Position numbers and translations under genes: made by a program
Shown: positions 48,993 to 57,710 of the stretch, one piece after another
Layout: every line of letters begins with the position of its first letter
How positions within the stretch are numbered: the stretch's first letter is position 1
The notes under the pieces: generated by a model
Seen by the model: the letters and a program-made list of their open reading frames with translations, nothing else
Databases searched by the model: none
What the model was told of the DNA's origin: nothing
Origin: an uncultured virus (IMG/VR IMGVR_UViG_3300031851_003023)
Lineage: Duplodnaviria > Heunggongvirae > Uroviricota > Caudoviricetes
Direction: 5' to 3' (one strand)
IMG/VR virus record: IMGVR_UViG_3300031851_003023
Length of the DNA: 64,000 bases

Positions 48993-49183
48993 TGGAAGTA
49001 GCAAATAAAGATCCAGGTAAGTTTCACTTTTATGTAAGCCTTGTAAAGAGTGCTGTACGTATTGCTTCAGGAGCCGCATTTATTGTTGGCGGATACTATT
49101 TAGAAGATTTTGGTACTTATGTTATACTAGGCGGAGCATTATTAATTGCCGCTGAAATATTAGGTGTATTGGAGGAACTATGA
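48992..49183 (+). CDS. Small membrane protein
   Basis: Two TM helices; AEILGVLEEL. Confidence 0.6.
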   Translation: MEVANKDPGKFHFYVSLVKSAVRIASGAAFIVGGYYLEDFGTYVILGGALLIAAEILGVLEEL

Positions 49184-49500
49184 GCGCAGCCATACATAGA
49201 GTAGATGAGCTAAAACAGTTTGTAGCTGATAAGAAAGGTATTCCTACAGAGGAAGCACTAAATAAAACGCTTAAAGAAACAACACTCGTTGTAACGTTTA
49301 ACAAACTTGATGGTGCCGAAAGAGTAATGACATGTACGAAGTCGTTTGATGTCATTCCAGAAGCCAGTCATCCAAAGTCAGACAAGCCTGGTAAAGAAGG
49401 CAATGTTACTGTATGGGACGTTAATGCAAATGGGTGGAGAAGTTTTAAGTATGAAAGAGTAACTAAAGTAGAAAAAGTGGTTGACACAGTAGAAGGTTGA
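49180..49500 (+). CDS. WYL/SH3-like small protein
   Basis: VTFNKLDGAERVMTCT and VWDV...GWRSF. Confidence 0.7.
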   Translation: MSAAIHRVDELKQFVADKKGIPTEEALNKTLKETTLVVTFNKLDGAERVMTCTKSFDVIPEASHPKSDKPGKEGNVTVWDVNANGWRSFKYERVTKVEKVVDTVEG

Positions 49501-49509
49501 CTGTATATT
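49481..49509 (+). promoter_or_regulatory. sigma70-type promoter for tRNA cluster
   Basis: TTGACA-N17-TATATT. Confidence 0.7.
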
Positions 49510-49518
49510 AGTTATATT

Positions 49519-49592
49519 GGGTGTGAAGTGTTATGGTAGCACGACGGTCTCCAAAACCGTAAGCTGAGGTTCGACTCCTTACACGCCTGCCA
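49519..49592 (+). tRNA. tRNA-Trp(CCA)
   Basis: ACGGT-CTCCAAA-ACCGT arm, GGTTCGACTCC, CCA end. Confidence 0.92.
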
Positions 49593-49601
49593 AAGAATAA
49601 A

Positions 49602-49676
49602 GGTCCGTTCGTCTAGTGGTTAGGACACATGGTTTTCATCCATGCAACAGGAGTTCGATTCTCCTACGGACTACCA
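49602..49676 (+). tRNA. tRNA-Glu(TTC)
   Basis: CATGG-TTTTCAT-CCATG arm, GTTCGATT, CCA end. Confidence 0.93.
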
Positions 49677-49680
49677 AGTT

Positions 49681-49740
49681 AACCATACCTTGCATACTGT
49701 ATAGCAGATGCAGCGGAACTGATAATTCGTTGGTATGGTT
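49681..49740 (+). ncRNA. Unidentified 60-nt three-way-junction RNA candidate
   Basis: AACCATACC/GGTATGGTT closing stem enclosing two hairpins. Confidence 0.45.
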
Positions 49741-49748
49741 TTTAATAC

Positions 49749-49836
49749 GGAGAGTTGGCTGAGTGGTCGAAAGCACCGGTTTACTAAACCGACGAAGGGC
49801 AACCTTCCTAGGGTTCGAATCCCTAACTCTCCGCCA
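49749..49836 (+). tRNA. tRNA-Ser with ACT anticodon
   Basis: GGAGAGT/ACTCTCC acceptor, G73, long variable arm GAAGGGCAACCTTC, loop TTACTAA. Confidence 0.9.
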
Positions 49837-49840
49837 AAGA

Positions 49841-50021
49841 CGTGTTGAGGTCGCTCCTCAACTAGTATGGGTCAGCAAATCCCATATGATGAGAAGTGGT
49901 GTCGCAATCACAACAAAAGGCTCGATGCAAGTATGCCGGCAAGTGTTTGTCGTTAGCGTGGATAGGCGGAGCGAAAGCGTTGAGAACCTCCCACGCATAC
50001 ACACTAACAACGTTGTTGGCA
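49841..50021 (+). ncRNA. Unidentified structured RNA candidate (~180 nt)
   Basis: GC-rich, four stems with G-U pairs and a GAAA tetraloop; lies between tRNA-Ser and tRNA-Gln. Confidence 0.55.
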
Positions 50022-50022
50022 A

Positions 50023-50097
50023 TGGGTTGTAGCATAACGGTAATGCACTTGTTTTTGGTACAAAAGATTGAAGGTTCGAATCCTTCCAACCCAGCCA
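50023..50097 (+). tRNA. tRNA-Gln(TTG)
   Basis: TGGGTTG/CAACCCA acceptor, loop TTTTGGT, GGTTCGAATCC, CCA end. Confidence 0.92.
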
Positions 50098-50115
50098 AAA
50101 ACACAACACGTTAGG

Positions 50116-50144
50116 TTGACACTAACAATCATTGATAGTATAAT
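50116..50144 (+). promoter_or_regulatory. sigma70-type promoter
   Basis: TTGACA-N17-TATAAT. Confidence 0.85.
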
Positions 50145-50176
50145 ATACAACTTACTTACACACATTAGGAGAAGTT

Positions 50177-50551
50177 ATGTTAGATATACAAGGTATTACT
50201 CAAGAAAGAATCGCAAGACTGGATAAGGACATTGATGTTCCTTACACCGTAAATGGATTCAAAGGAACTTGGGCAATCTCAGATCACAGAAGAATACCAG
50301 AAGTATTGCGTGGATTTTTACAACACCATTTTGGTATCTATAGACTGAGACGTGTGTCTTTAGATAAGATAAATGATATCCTAAATGAAATTTGGGATGG
50401 TCCAGGTAGTCTTCCTAAAATTCTAAACTTAGAACTTGAAATGAAACTAGCTGGCAAAGATGTAAAGTTCACAACAGCAGATCTTGCTTCAACAAAGAAC
50501 TTTGATGATGACGGTTCAGTTCCAGTAGCAGACGCTTCAAGTACATCATAA
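50177..50551 (+). CDS. Hypothetical protein inside tRNA cluster
   Basis: AGGAG SD and own promoter. Confidence 0.65.
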   Translation: MLDIQGITQERIARLDKDIDVPYTVNGFKGTWAISDHRRIPEVLRGFLQHHFGIYRLRRVSLDKINDILNEIWDGPGSLPKILNLELEMKLAGKDVKFTTADLASTKNFDDDGSVPVADASSTS

Positions 50552-50565
50552 GTAAAGTAGTTAAC

Positions 50566-50641
50566 GCTCGGATAGCTCAGTTGGTAGAGCAGGGGTTTTG
50601 TAAACCTCAGGTCGTAGGTTCGAATCCTATTCCGAGCTCCA
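50566..50641 (+). tRNA. tRNA-Thr(TGT)
   Basis: GCTCGGA/TCCGAGC acceptor, loop TTTGTAA, CCA end. Confidence 0.94.
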
Positions 50642-50646
50642 ATTTT

Positions 50647-50722
50647 GGGGCCGTAGCTCAGTAGGGAGAGCGATTGGTTTGCAACCAATAGGTCGTGGGT
50701 TCGATCCCCTCCGGCTCCACCA
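50647..50722 (+). tRNA. tRNA-Ala(TGC)
   Basis: GGGGCCG acceptor with G3:U70, loop TTTGCAA, CCA end. Confidence 0.95.
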
Positions 50723-50738
50723 TTAAAGAAAGATAGTT

Positions 50739-51326
50739 ATGGCTGTAGAAGGTTTATTTTATACACCAGCATATTATGATTACATTGTAAATGATGATCT
50801 TAATAAAGTGCAAAGTGAAATAAGTGATACAATATCACAAGTTAATTTCACTAAACACAAAGGGTGGGGAGAAACTAATCACAGCCTTAGCGATCCTACA
50901 TTTAAAACAGACTATCTTAATCTATACAAACTAGAGTTTACCAAGAAACATCTGTTAATACACATACAACGTTATCTATCATCTTTTAGTGATAACGAAT
51001 ACGACATATCAATTGAAAGCTCTTGGCTTACTAACACACAAAAAGGCGAACATACAACAGTTCATAATCACGGTGGGTTTGATATTAGTGGCGTTTATTA
51101 CTTCCAAACTAACGGGAAAGATGGATCGTTATACTTAATGAACCCTATTACTAGCCTAGTTAGTTCGCACTATTTTAAACCAGATGAGTGTTTATATTAC
51201 CATCCTGAAGTGGGCAAACTAGTACTATTTCCTAGCTGGTTATATCACGGTGTAAGACCAAATGACACAGATGACACTAGAATAAGCCTGTCATTTAATG
51301 CCAAAATTTCTGTAAAAAGAGGTTGA
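50739..51326 (+). CDS. Putative 2OG-Fe(II) oxygenase
   Basis: SWL, HNH, SGVYY, LFPSWLYHGV, RISLSFN. Confidence 0.85.
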   Translation: MAVEGLFYTPAYYDYIVNDDLNKVQSEISDTISQVNFTKHKGWGETNHSLSDPTFKTDYLNLYKLEFTKKHLLIHIQRYLSSFSDNEYDISIESSWLTNTQKGEHTTVHNHGGFDISGVYYFQTNGKDGSLYLMNPITSLVSSHYFKPDECLYYHPEVGKLVLFPSWLYHGVRPNDTDDTRISLSFNAKISVKRG

Positions 51327-51386
51327 CAACACCCTATTTCTTTGCTATAATATATACATAAATTAGGCAAACAGATAGAGGCACAC
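51323..51386 (+). promoter_or_regulatory. sigma70 promoter plus TAGGCAAA/AGAGGCAC leader
   Basis: TTGACA-N17-TATAAT; TAGGCAAA 51364, AGAGGCAC 51377. Confidence 0.85.
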
Positions 51387-51893
51387 ATGACATTAGTTGA
51401 CAAAGCAAAGTTGTACGCTACAGCGGCACACGGTGCTATCGGTCAAATCCGTAAATACACCGGCGAACCTTACGTAACACACCCCATTAGAGTAATGAAT
51501 CTTGTTAGTACTGTTGTACAAGACGAGGAAGTATTGGCGGCTGCGTTGTTACACGATGTCATTGAAGATACTCATATCACTAAAGAAGACATCCAAAAAG
51601 CATTTGGTTCACAAGTTGCAGATATGGTTGTTGCGTTAAGTGATCCACCAAAAGTAGAAGGTGGTCCTAATCGTAAAGCACGTAAGGCACAGGACCGTGT
51701 TAGGCTTAGCCAAGCGCCGGCTAATGTACAAACTGTAAAAGTAGCAGACATGATCGACAACACTGAAAGTATTGTTGCACATGACCCTAAGTTTGCAAAA
51801 TTGTACTTAGAAGAAAAGCGTTTGTTGTTAGAAGTATTAACAGATGCAGATCCTAAGTTGGTTACAATAGCAAAGAACCAGGTGAAGAAATGA
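51387..51893 (+). CDS. HD-domain hydrolase of SpoT/Mesh1 type
   Basis: AH..Q.RK.TGEPYVTHP, AALLHDVIEDT, VKVADMIDN. Confidence 0.85.
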   Translation: MTLVDKAKLYATAAHGAIGQIRKYTGEPYVTHPIRVMNLVSTVVQDEEVLAAALLHDVIEDTHITKEDIQKAFGSQVADMVVALSDPPKVEGGPNRKARKAQDRVRLSQAPANVQTVKVADMIDNTESIVAHDPKFAKLYLEEKRLLLEVLTDADPKLVTIAKNQVKK

Positions 51894-52126
51894 GTAAGTT
51901 TCAAGAGAAGTATTTGAAGCCTACTTATTTCAAGCCTAAAGGTCATTGGATGGTAGGTACTGTTTGGCCTGTAAAAGGTTCTAAAGATAATGAATATAGT
52001 GTAGAACTTACAGACAAAGGTTTTACATGTGACTGTACTGGCTTTACTTTTAGAGGTAAGTGTAAGCACAGCACAGGTATTAACGAAAGAGTAGAAAGGG
52101 CAATGGATTATGATTTCAGCATATAA
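51890..52126 (+). CDS. SWIM zinc-finger protein
   Basis: CDCTGFTFRGKCKH. Confidence 0.8.
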   Translation: MSKFQEKYLKPTYFKPKGHWMVGTVWPVKGSKDNEYSVELTDKGFTCDCTGFTFRGKCKHSTGINERVERAMDYDFSI

Positions 52127-52400
52127 AGACTTAGAGTTTATTCAAACAATAAACCCAATAGGAATACAATCAAAAGTACAGTTTGGCGGATACATGTTAA
52201 GTATTGTAAAGAACGAAGTTTCATATGGCGGCGAAGAAGGACTGTATGAAATCGCTGTATACAAAGGTGATTTCCAAGAAGAACTACCTGGCATTACTAA
52301 TGATAATGATACAGTAAAAGGCTTCTTGACATCCGTTGATGTTGATGCTATAATAAAGAAAATGTACTTAGTAACAGGAACAGAGGGCAAACAAATATGA
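52110..52400 (+). CDS. Conserved phage hypothetical protein
   Basis: SYGGEEGLYEIAV...V.GFLT motif. Confidence 0.65.
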   Translation: MISAYKDLEFIQTINPIGIQSKVQFGGYMLSIVKNEVSYGGEEGLYEIAVYKGDFQEELPGITNDNDTVKGFLTSVDVDAIIKKMYLVTGTEGKQI

Positions 52401-53704
52401 GAACACAACCACAAGATATAATTGCAAGGCTAGAAGCTGACAATAGTAAGCTCGCCAAACAAGCAATTTTAAAAGAAGCACTTGAAGAAGGTGTACCAGA
52501 GTTTTTCGAAGGTATTACAATGGCACTTGATGCTCTTGTTACTTTTGGTGTTAAGCAAGTACCTGAGCGTTCAGACGTACTAACCGGACAAGGTCTTTCG
52601 TGGCCAGTGTTCAAAGAGCTTGCTGATAAACTTGCCAATCGTGAACTAACAGGACATGCGGCACGTGATGCTATCGAACTTGCAATGGGTGTTGCTACTA
52701 CAGAACAGTGGAATGGCTTTTACAGACGTATCTTAATCAAAGACTTACGATGCGGAATGAGCGAAAGGACTGTTAACAAAGTAGCACCAGGTACTGTTCC
52801 TGTGTTTACATGTAGCCTAGCACATGACTCAGCCAAGCATGAAAAGAAAATGGTTGGTAAGAAACAAATTGAAATCAAACTAGATGGTGTAAGAGTTATT
52901 ACTATCATCCGTGATAATAAAGTAGAAATGTTTAGCCGTAATGGTAAACAGTTTCATAACTTTGGTCACATCATTGAAGAAATTCAAACAGTAATTAAAG
53001 ACCACCCTGTACCTTATCCGCTAGTATTAGACGGAGAGGTAATGAGTGCTAACTTCCAAGACCTTATGAAACAAGTACATCGTAAAGATGGTAAACAAAC
53101 TACTGATGCTGTATTGCATTTGTTTGATACTATTCCATTAGGCTGTTTTAACGCAGGTAGTTGGGATAAGCCACAGAGCTTTAGAAGCCAAATTACTAAG
53201 CATTGGGTAGAAGACCATGCAGACGTCTTAGAGCACGTACAAGCGTTGGATTGGGAAGATGTAGACTTAGACACTCCTGAAGGCCAAGAACGCTTTGTAG
53301 CGTTAAATAAAGCGGCTGTAGACGGTGGTTACGAAGGAGTTATGATTAAGGACATTGATGCTCCTTATGAATGTAAGCGAACTCATGCATGGCTTAAAGC
53401 AAAGCCGTTCATTGAGGTAACATTGGAGGTTAAGGATGTCGAAGAAGGAACAGGACGAAACGAAGGACGACTTGGTGCATTTGTTTGTGAAGGAATTGAT
53501 GACGGAAAGAAAATTAGTGTTAATGTCGGTAGTGGCTTTACTGATGCTAATCGTGACGACTTTTGGGATAGTCGCACTGATATCACAGGTCAACTTGTAG
53601 AAGTAAGAGCTGATGCTGTAACACAAAACCAAGACGGAACATACAGTTTAAGGTTCCCAAGATTCAAAACATTTAGAGGCTTCGAGCCTGGAGAAAAGAT
53701 ATAA
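52397..53704 (+). CDS. ATP-dependent DNA ligase
   Basis: EIKLDGVR, LDGE, YEGVMIK, WLKAK, SLRFPRF. Confidence 0.96.
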   Translation: MRTQPQDIIARLEADNSKLAKQAILKEALEEGVPEFFEGITMALDALVTFGVKQVPERSDVLTGQGLSWPVFKELADKLANRELTGHAARDAIELAMGVATTEQWNGFYRRILIKDLRCGMSERTVNKVAPGTVPVFTCSLAHDSAKHEKKMVGKKQIEIKLDGVRVITIIRDNKVEMFSRNGKQFHNFGHIIEEIQTVIKDHPVPYPLVLDGEVMSANFQDLMKQVHRKDGKQTTDAVLHLFDTIPLGCFNAGSWDKPQSFRSQITKHWVEDHADVLEHVQALDWEDVDLDTPEGQERFVALNKAAVDGGYEGVMIKDIDAPYECKRTHAWLKAKPFIEVTLEVKDVEEGTGRNEGRLGAFVCEGIDDGKKISVNVGSGFTDANRDDFWDSRTDITGQLVEVRADAVTQNQDGTYSLRFPRFKTFRGFEPGEKI

Positions 53705-53815
53705 TGAATGATATTGAAATATTATTTGTTAGTCTACTAGTTGTTACATGGGCCGCATATGGTATGCATGTAATAAAAGAGTTCATTAGAAATCATATTG
53801 ATTAGGAGAAAGGAA

Positions 53816-54226
53816 ATGATACAACCAAACTTAAAAAAGCCAAGTCTATTTAGACGAACTGTAATGAGTCTCGTAAGTGGCTGGAGACGTGTAATGAGTG
53901 TTAAGTACAATCCATTAAAGTATATTCCAGACCCTAGTTTACAGACTTATTTTATGTTAGTGCTGTTTACTATTTGGAGTGTATGGTTTGGATTCTTAGC
54001 GGCAAACTACCTAGGGTGGTTTAATTATAATACAGTAGCAAGTATTATTGTTCACTTTGCAATTTTAGTACCACTAGCAATGACTAATGCAATCTTTGTT
54101 GATGCAGAACGTGATGGACACAAATGGTTAAAGGAATGGAAAGAAGAACAGTCAAGGTACAACATTGTTGTTAATAGACTCAAGACTAAGAACTTAACTA
54201 TTTGGAACCCTAACAAAGAGGCATAG
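53816..54226 (+). CDS. Membrane protein
   Basis: YNPLKYIPDPSLQ plus two TM helices; AGGA SD before ATG 53816. Confidence 0.6.
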   Translation: MIQPNLKKPSLFRRTVMSLVSGWRRVMSVKYNPLKYIPDPSLQTYFMLVLFTIWSVWFGFLAANYLGWFNYNTVASIIVHFAILVPLAMTNAIFVDAERDGHKWLKEWKEEQSRYNIVVNRLKTKNLTIWNPNKEA

Positions 54227-54340
54227 AATGGAAAATTTAGGATTAATTATTGGAATAGGCTGTGTAATGATGTGTCCAATGATATTTGGCGCAATCACAG
54301 CAATCAAGTCAATTGAAGCATCTAAAATGTGGTGGGAAGA

Positions 54341-54574
54341 ATGAAAAAGATTATGTACTTTATTAAATGGAACTTTACTGGTATGCAAGGATATTCAATA
54401 CGTTATCTTTCATACTTCGCACTAGGATGTGCGGCTGTACTCGCACTTGGAGGAGAGTATTTCTACATTGCTCCAGCATTTATGTTTATTGACTTTACAG
54501 TAGACATCGTTCGTCAACGTTATCAAGACTTCAAAGACGAACAACAAAAACTCATCGACGACTTATCTAAGTAA
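54341..54574 (+). CDS. Small membrane protein
   Basis: Hydrophobic core. Confidence 0.5.
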   Translation: MKKIMYFIKWNFTGMQGYSIRYLSYFALGCAAVLALGGEYFYIAPAFMFIDFTVDIVRQRYQDFKDEQQKLIDDLSK

Positions 54575-54810
54575 TGGAACGGCTTGTCTTACACACCTTT
54601 GCAATGGGGGATGTGGAAGACCCCGACCTTTACGTTTCTCCCGCAATATACGAATGGCAACAGACTCCAAAAGGCAAGTGGGCAATGAAACACGGTAATG
54701 AGTTAAAATACCACATTTACCCTGATGATCACTCAATGGGATATAAAGTAAAAGTAACAGGACTGTTTGAAGACAAGCATTTAACGTATTTAAGACTAAT
54801 TAATACTTGA
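54574..54810 (+). CDS. Hypothetical phage protein
   Basis: GDVEDPDLY..WQ.T..GKW motif. Confidence 0.6.
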   Translation: MERLVLHTFAMGDVEDPDLYVSPAIYEWQQTPKGKWAMKHGNELKYHIYPDDHSMGYKVKVTGLFEDKHLTYLRLINT

Positions 54811-54835
54811 CTTTTTGCGTTAAGGCATATATACT
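54807..54835 (+). promoter_or_regulatory. sigma70-type promoter
   Basis: TTGACT-N17-TATACT. Confidence 0.7.
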
Positions 54836-54864
54836 TTTTGTAAAGCATTTGGAGAACTAGAAAA

Positions 54865-56166
54865 ATGGCATTGCCAAAAACTAAAAGAAAGAAGCCTAGA
54901 GCCGCACCACGCATACAACGAGGAGCCAAACTTAAAGAGCCGGATTGGGAAGGCTGGGAAGAATGGACCGGCGAAGCAATACATAGACATCGTCGGTATG
55001 TACACTCTTGGTACTACGAGCATTTCAAGCCAGTAGACTTGTATGCTAACGTTCCTAAGTGGATGGCTGACAACGAATATTCTAAAGACGATATTAAGGC
55101 TGTTAAAGCTGCACCCAATAATGCGTTAAGTATAACAGCGGGCATTGTAGCACGAATGGATACCAAAGGTGCACCTAGACTAAACAAGAAAGAAGCAGAT
55201 CACTGGCTAAGTTTGCCAGGCACTGGTGGAGAACTAACTTGTGGTGTAGATAAATTCTTACGTAACTCTGTTGCTAAATGTATTGAAATTGGTAAAAAAG
55301 TACTAGCAGACAAAAAAGAAGAACAAGAAGTAGAAGCAAAGACTCTTGCAAAGCCAGTACTAACGATTCAAGATCGTATTCTGATGCAGGCTCATGCATC
55401 ATGCGAAGCTATTGATCTTTGGCTAGACGGATTTATTAATGACCCAGACGATTTTAAAATAGACAGTTTAGATATTAATGTACACTTTATTAAAGAGAAA
55501 GTGACACAAGCACATGCTAGAAAAATTAAAGACATTTATAAAGCAGAAATAGATGAAGTAGTTGAATGGCACAATATGCCTACACCAGCAAAGCTAAAGA
55601 AGATGGATGAGCATGAAGCTGATATGTGGGCACAACTTAAAGAAGGTTACGATCATAGATCTAAGAAACAAATGGCGTTATTGCTCAAAGCATTAGAAAA
55701 GATAATGACATCATGTGACATGGTTATTGAAAGTGCAAAAGCAACACGTAGGCCACGTAAGGCTAAAGTGTACAGTGCTGAAAAATTAGTACAAAAGCTC
55801 AAGTTTAAGAAGCAAGATGATAAGTTTGGACTTGTTAGTATTAATCCTGCAGACATTATATACGCAAACGAGCTTTGGGTGTTTAACACTAAGACACGTA
55901 AGATAGGCAAGTATGTTGCTAAAGATCCTGATCCGCAAAAAATGCAACGACCAGGCAGTGGACTTCAAGTTAAAGGTACTACAATTATAGGATTCCACGA
56001 AGAAGAAAGTATACAAAAGACTATGCGTAAGCCTGCAGACCAATTAAAAGAGTTTAAAGGCGCAGGTAAAGTAGCTTTACGTAAATTTATGGACGAAATT
56101 AAGACTACAGACACAAAACTTAATGGTCGCATAAATGCGGAAACAGTGCTACTCAAGGTAATCTGA
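54865..56166 (+). CDS. Conserved T4-like phage hypothetical protein
   Basis: LWVFNTKTRK, KGTTI, KTMRKP, NGRIN motifs. Confidence 0.75.
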   Translation: MALPKTKRKKPRAAPRIQRGAKLKEPDWEGWEEWTGEAIHRHRRYVHSWYYEHFKPVDLYANVPKWMADNEYSKDDIKAVKAAPNNALSITAGIVARMDTKGAPRLNKKEADHWLSLPGTGGELTCGVDKFLRNSVAKCIEIGKKVLADKKEEQEVEAKTLAKPVLTIQDRILMQAHASCEAIDLWLDGFINDPDDFKIDSLDINVHFIKEKVTQAHARKIKDIYKAEIDEVVEWHNMPTPAKLKKMDEHEADMWAQLKEGYDHRSKKQMALLLKALEKIMTSCDMVIESAKATRRPRKAKVYSAEKLVQKLKFKKQDDKFGLVSINPADIIYANELWVFNTKTRKIGKYVAKDPDPQKMQRPGSGLQVKGTTIIGFHEEESIQKTMRKPADQLKEFKGAGKVALRKFMDEIKTTDTKLNGRINAETVLLKVI

Positions 56167-56177
56167 TAAATACTTAC

Positions 56178-57311
56178 ATGAAGCAACTAGATCCCAATAA
56201 AGTCCGTATCGCTGTAGAAGGACTACCAATTTTAGCAGAAGTAGTTGATGCTTTATCTAGCATCGACCAGACGCCTGATATGTCCAAACTAGCACTAAAC
56301 AGTCTTAGTGGGGATTTAATCCAAGGCGGAACAATATCAAAATTTAAAAGTACCGGCATTAAAGACGAGTCTAGTAGGCTAGTTGTTTTTGTTAATGACG
56401 ATGGTATAGTAACTGATACTATTGATGTTGAAACACTTATAGGCGATACTAACGTAGCAGGAGACTTACATGTAGATGGCGAAATATACGCTAAAAAATT
56501 ACATGTTGATGAAGTAACAGCAGACGTTAGAAACGAACGTTCGGGACCATTAGAGTTTAATGACAAAGATGGTACCATTTATAACAAAGGATTACTTTGG
56601 ATTAAAGAAGGTTCGCCAACTAAGCAATTAGTTTATAGAGCTAATCCAGATAGACTTTGGAGTAGTGATTCAATAGACTTACACACAGAGGCTGCTTATT
56701 ATGTAAACGGCAACTATGTGTTAAACAAAGACTCATTAGGACCAGATGTTAAAACAAGTAGTTTGAAGCAAGTTGGTGTTCTTAATGATCTAAAAGTTAA
56801 AGGTAATGTAGCACTTAGTCAACACTTATTTTGGAACGCAGATGCAGACCGTTTAGGACTAGGTACTGATGCACCAAATGGTGCAATAGGTGTTATGGGC
56901 TTTGACTCAGAATTTATAATAGATGTAGATCAGCCTGAAATTAAAATAGGTACGTATACTACACATGATTTACAAATCGTTACTGATGATTCTCCCCGTA
57001 TCACTATATCAGCTAACGGTAAAATACACTTAGGTAACAAAGGAAGTGCTGATGCTAAAGTAAGCATACACGGACAACTAGGTGTAGGTGTTAACACAGT
57101 CCCTGAAGGAGTAAGTCTTTCAGTAGCAGGACCAATAAAGTTTGAAAACAAAATGTTCCAAACTGGTGAAGGTACACCAACAGACGGACAATACCGCAAA
57201 GGTGACATTGTTTGGAATGACGACCCTAAACCAACTAGTTATGTAGGGTGGGTTTGTGTAAGAGAAGGGACACCAGGCGAGTGGAAGCCGTTTGGGCAGA
57301 TATCTTCTTAG
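56178..57311 (+). CDS. Tail fibre-like structural protein
   Basis: TSSLKQVG.L, RLGLGTDAP, GDIVWNDDP....VGWVC...GTPGEWKPFG. Confidence 0.7.
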   Translation: MKQLDPNKVRIAVEGLPILAEVVDALSSIDQTPDMSKLALNSLSGDLIQGGTISKFKSTGIKDESSRLVVFVNDDGIVTDTIDVETLIGDTNVAGDLHVDGEIYAKKLHVDEVTADVRNERSGPLEFNDKDGTIYNKGLLWIKEGSPTKQLVYRANPDRLWSSDSIDLHTEAAYYVNGNYVLNKDSLGPDVKTSSLKQVGVLNDLKVKGNVALSQHLFWNADADRLGLGTDAPNGAIGVMGFDSEFIIDVDQPEIKIGTYTTHDLQIVTDDSPRITISANGKIHLGNKGSADAKVSIHGQLGVGVNTVPEGVSLSVAGPIKFENKMFQTGEGTPTDGQYRKGDIVWNDDPKPTSYVGWVCVREGTPGEWKPFGQISS

Positions 57312-57391
57312 ATAAACAACCACAAAACATTTTTCAACACTACCATAAATATTAATGCTAGAGTACATATTACTTTAGAGAGGGAGATTAT

Positions 57392-57706
57392 ATGGATAAA
57401 AAAATAAAAGACACATTAGCACAGGCATCTTACTGGGCATACGCCGCATGGACATTTCCATTCGTAGCGTTGGCTCTTGTTATAGGCGAAACTCTAATAG
57501 GCCACGAAACATGGATGGGCGCAATGGCCATCGCTGTAGTAATTACGTTTGTAATTACAAGTGTATTTTGGTGGTGGTGGGCACTAAGCAAAATTGTGTT
57601 TATGATAAAAGCCACACAACAAGTTGAAGAAAACTTTAATGAACTTAAGAGCGAACTTACTCGTTTAAGTATAGATATAAACCAAGCCAAAAATAAAAAT
57701 AAATAA
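57392..57706 (+). CDS. Two-TM membrane protein with coiled tail
   Basis: Hydrophobic helices; GGGAG SD. Confidence 0.6.
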   Translation: MDKKIKDTLAQASYWAYAAWTFPFVALALVIGETLIGHETWMGAMAIAVVITFVITSVFWWWWALSKIVFMIKATQQVEENFNELKSELTRLSIDINQAKNKNK

Positions 57707-57710
57707 TTAC

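Noticed and set aside
49715..49895. Hammerhead ribozyme core (CTGATAA, ATGATGAG)
   Set aside because: Neither matches CUGANGA with a correctly placed GAAA and three stems
49763..50114. ORFs predicted on both strands across the tRNA cluster
   Set aside because: They overlap clear tRNAs and structured RNA; shadow ORFs
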